From positions 3,507 to 67,506 of the forward strand of contig LBYF01000001.1 of NCBI GenBank assembly GCA_000996025.1: 64,000 nucleotides of DNA. Reading direction: 5' to 3'. The notes beneath the pieces were generated by a model. It worked only from the letters and a program-made list of their open reading frames with translations, searched no databases and was not told the origin of the DNA. Positions 62,434-64,000 of this stretch are shown here, piece after piece; within the stretch, counting starts at the first letter, position 1, and the number at the start of each line of letters is the position of its first letter. Origin of the DNA: Parcubacteria group bacterium GW2011_GWA2_40_14. Its GTDB lineage: Bacteria > Patescibacteriota > Minisyncoccia > Phycocordibacterales > DATDWN01. A program made the translations under genes and the position numbers.

Positions 62434-64000
62434 ATGAATAGTCCCAATCAAAAGTCATCAGAAAAGACCAAGATAATTATAAAGAAAACAAACAAAGGTG
62501 ACAAAGGGCCAGAAGGTAACTCTATTGTCAGCTACATTGTTTCTGTGCTGATCATGTTTATTGTTTTATCCGCATTGTACTCTTTTGTTTCTGGCAAAAC
62601 TGAGAAGAAAGCGGAAAACATTCCTATTTCAGAGTTGGCGGCGGATATTAAATCTGGCGTCGTAAAAAATATTATCGTCAAAGGAGATGTGCTTCTCGTT
62701 GAGTATACATCCGGCGACGAAAAAACATCCAAGAAAGAAACAGACGTTGCTTTATCGCAAACCCTGGTGAATTATAGTGTGACCAAAGAGCAACTTGCTC
62801 TTATAAGCATAAATATAAAAGAGGAAAGCAGTCTTAGTTACTGGCTCATGAATCTGGCGCCGATTATTTTTCCAATTTTATTTATTTTTGTTTTTATTTG
62901 GTTTATCTCCAGGCAAGTTAAAGGTGCTGGCATACAAGCGTTGACTTTTGGCCAGTCCAAAGCGCGGATGATTGACCCAAACGACAAGAACAGCCGAGTA
63001 ACTTTCAAAGACGTGGCTGGTTGCAAGGAAGCAAAAGAAGAACTGGCAGAAATAGTGGACTTTCTGCGTAATCCAAAAAAGTTTTTAGACATTGGGGCTC
63101 GTATTCCAAAAGGTATTCTACTTATGGGGCCACCGGGTAGTGGAAAAACTCTACTGGCAAGAGCTGTTAGCGGTGAAGCTGGTGTGGCCTTTTTTTCCAT
63201 CTCTGGCTCGGAGTTCGTGGAAATGTTTGTTGGTGTGGGAGCGTCACGAGTCAGAGATTTGTTTCTCTTGGCCAAGAAAAATGCCCCAGCTATTATTTTT
63301 GTAGATGAGATAGATGCTGTTGGGCGAATACGTGGCGCTGGTCTCGGTGGGGGAAACGACGAGCGCGAACAAACATTGAATCAGATTCTAGTTGAGATGG
63401 ATGGTTTTGAGCCGAATGAAAAAGTTATTGTTATGGCTGCAACGAATCGTCCAGACGTTCTGGACCCTGCCCTCCTTCGTCCCGGCAGGTTTGATAGGCG
63501 AGTAACTCTGGACTTACCAGACCGCAAAGACCGTGAAGATATTTTGATTGTTCATAGCAAAGAAAAACCATTTGCAGAAGATGTAAATCTGAAAGTTATA
63601 GCCGAACGTACTCCGGGATTTTCTGGCGCGGATTTGTATTCACTTATGAACGAAGGAGCAATACTTGCCGCTCGTGAAAATCGCACCACGGTTGCTCAAT
63701 ACGACCTTATACGTTCTATTGAAAAAGTTATGCTCGGTCCTGAACGCAAAAGTCACATTCTTTCCAAAAAAGAAAAAGAAATCACTGCCTATCACGAAGC
63801 GGGACACGCAGTTTTGGCATCTCTTTTGCCATATGCCGACCCGGTACACAAGATTTCAATTATTGCTCGTGGTCATGCCGCTGGGTATGTTTTGAAACTT
63901 CCACTAGAAGACAGCAGAATGCAATCAAAAAAAGAATTTCTGGATGATATTGCAGTTTCCCTAGGAGGATATGTTACAGAGAAATTGCTTTTTGATGACT
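62434..64000 (+). CDS. ftsH: ATP-dependent zinc metalloprotease FtsH; 3' end runs off the window
   Basis: Two TM segments, an AAA domain ([16 protein letters not shown]), SRH, and the start of the HEAGHA zinc site are present. It is absent from the ORF track because there is no stop inside the window. Confidence 0.9.
   Translation, partial: MNSPNQKSSEKTKIIIKKTNKGDKGPEGNSIVSYIVSVLIMFIVLSALYSFVSGKTEKKAENIPISELAADIKSGVVKNIIVKGDVLLVEYTSGDEKTSKKETDVALSQTLVNYSVTKEQLALISINIKEESSLSYWLMNLAPIIFPILFIFVFIWFISRQVKGAGIQALTFGQSKARMIDPNDKNSRVTFKDVAGCKEAKEELAEIVDFLRNPKKFLDIGARIPKGILLMGPPGSGKTLLARAVSGEAGVAFFSISGSEFVEMFVGVGASRVRDLFLLAKKNAPAIIFVDEIDAVGRIRGAGLGGGNDEREQTLNQILVEMDGFEPNEKVIVMAATNRPDVLDPALLRPGRFDRRVTLDLPDRKDREDILIVHSKEKPFAEDVNLKVIAERTPGFSGADLYSLMNEGAILAARENRTTVAQYDLIRSIEKVMLGPERKSHILSKKEKEITAYHEAGHAVLASLLPYADPVHKISIIARGHAAGYVLKLPLEDSRMQSKKEFLDDIAVSLGGYVTEKLLFDD

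Noticed and set aside
1-64000. Alternative genetic code with UGA as a sense codon (code 25 or 4), suggested by the in-frame TGA in the NUDIX gene
   Set aside because: TGA terminates tpiA (13778-13780), pilC (10180-10182), the pseudopilin at 11156-11158 and pyrF (58250-58252). Long conserved ORFs (fusA, tuf, pilB, secY, the 852-aa ORF) contain no internal TGA. A global reassignment is therefore not supported. A local nonsense mutation or readthrough is more likely.

Overview
This window is an AT-rich bacterial chromosomal segment dominated by housekeeping genes. From start to end it carries: clpP (truncated at the edge), rsmE, tig, ppa and nusA; a type IV pilus block (pilB, pilC, three pseudopilins and a large pilus-associated protein); tpiA and pgk; recJ, rnhA, a split comEC and sodA; rpmB; the str operon (rpsL, rpsG, fusA, tuf); an almost complete S10-spc ribosomal cluster (rpsJ through rplO) followed by secY, adk and map; an rplT-rpmI-infC unit; pyrF; smpB; and the start of ftsH. 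The absence of rpmD (L30) between rpsE and rplO, the minimal pilus gene set, the lack of Shine-Dalgarno sequences on core genes, and the many unknown inserted ORFs suggest a Patescibacteria/CPR-like lineage; this is inference. The most striking feature is that nearly every intergenic spacer in these conserved operons holds a copy of one of about seven palindromic repeat families. Several copies end exactly at the next start codon. One family extends into the 3' ends of ribosomal-protein ORFs, and another shares a CCAAATTTGG-type motif that brackets operon leaders and trailers. The conserved operons are also interrupted by foreign-looking genes: an 852-aa membrane protein plus a 99-aa ORF between fusA and tuf, an 82-aa ORF between rplB and rpsS, and a four-HTH regulator between rplE and rpsN. 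Downstream of secY, about 14 kb (46.4-60.3 kb) replaces the usual infA-to-rplQ continuation with toxin-antitoxin and defence-like modules: MNT/HepT, DinJ/YafQ, two RelE/ParE pairs, AbiEii and a solitary MazF. Two genes, an orphan Clp-family D2 ATPase and the pyrF/PRTase pair, look compositionally foreign (higher GC, strong SD). A NUDIX gene contains an in-frame TGA. All calls rest on reading the sequence and on family knowledge; no database search was run.
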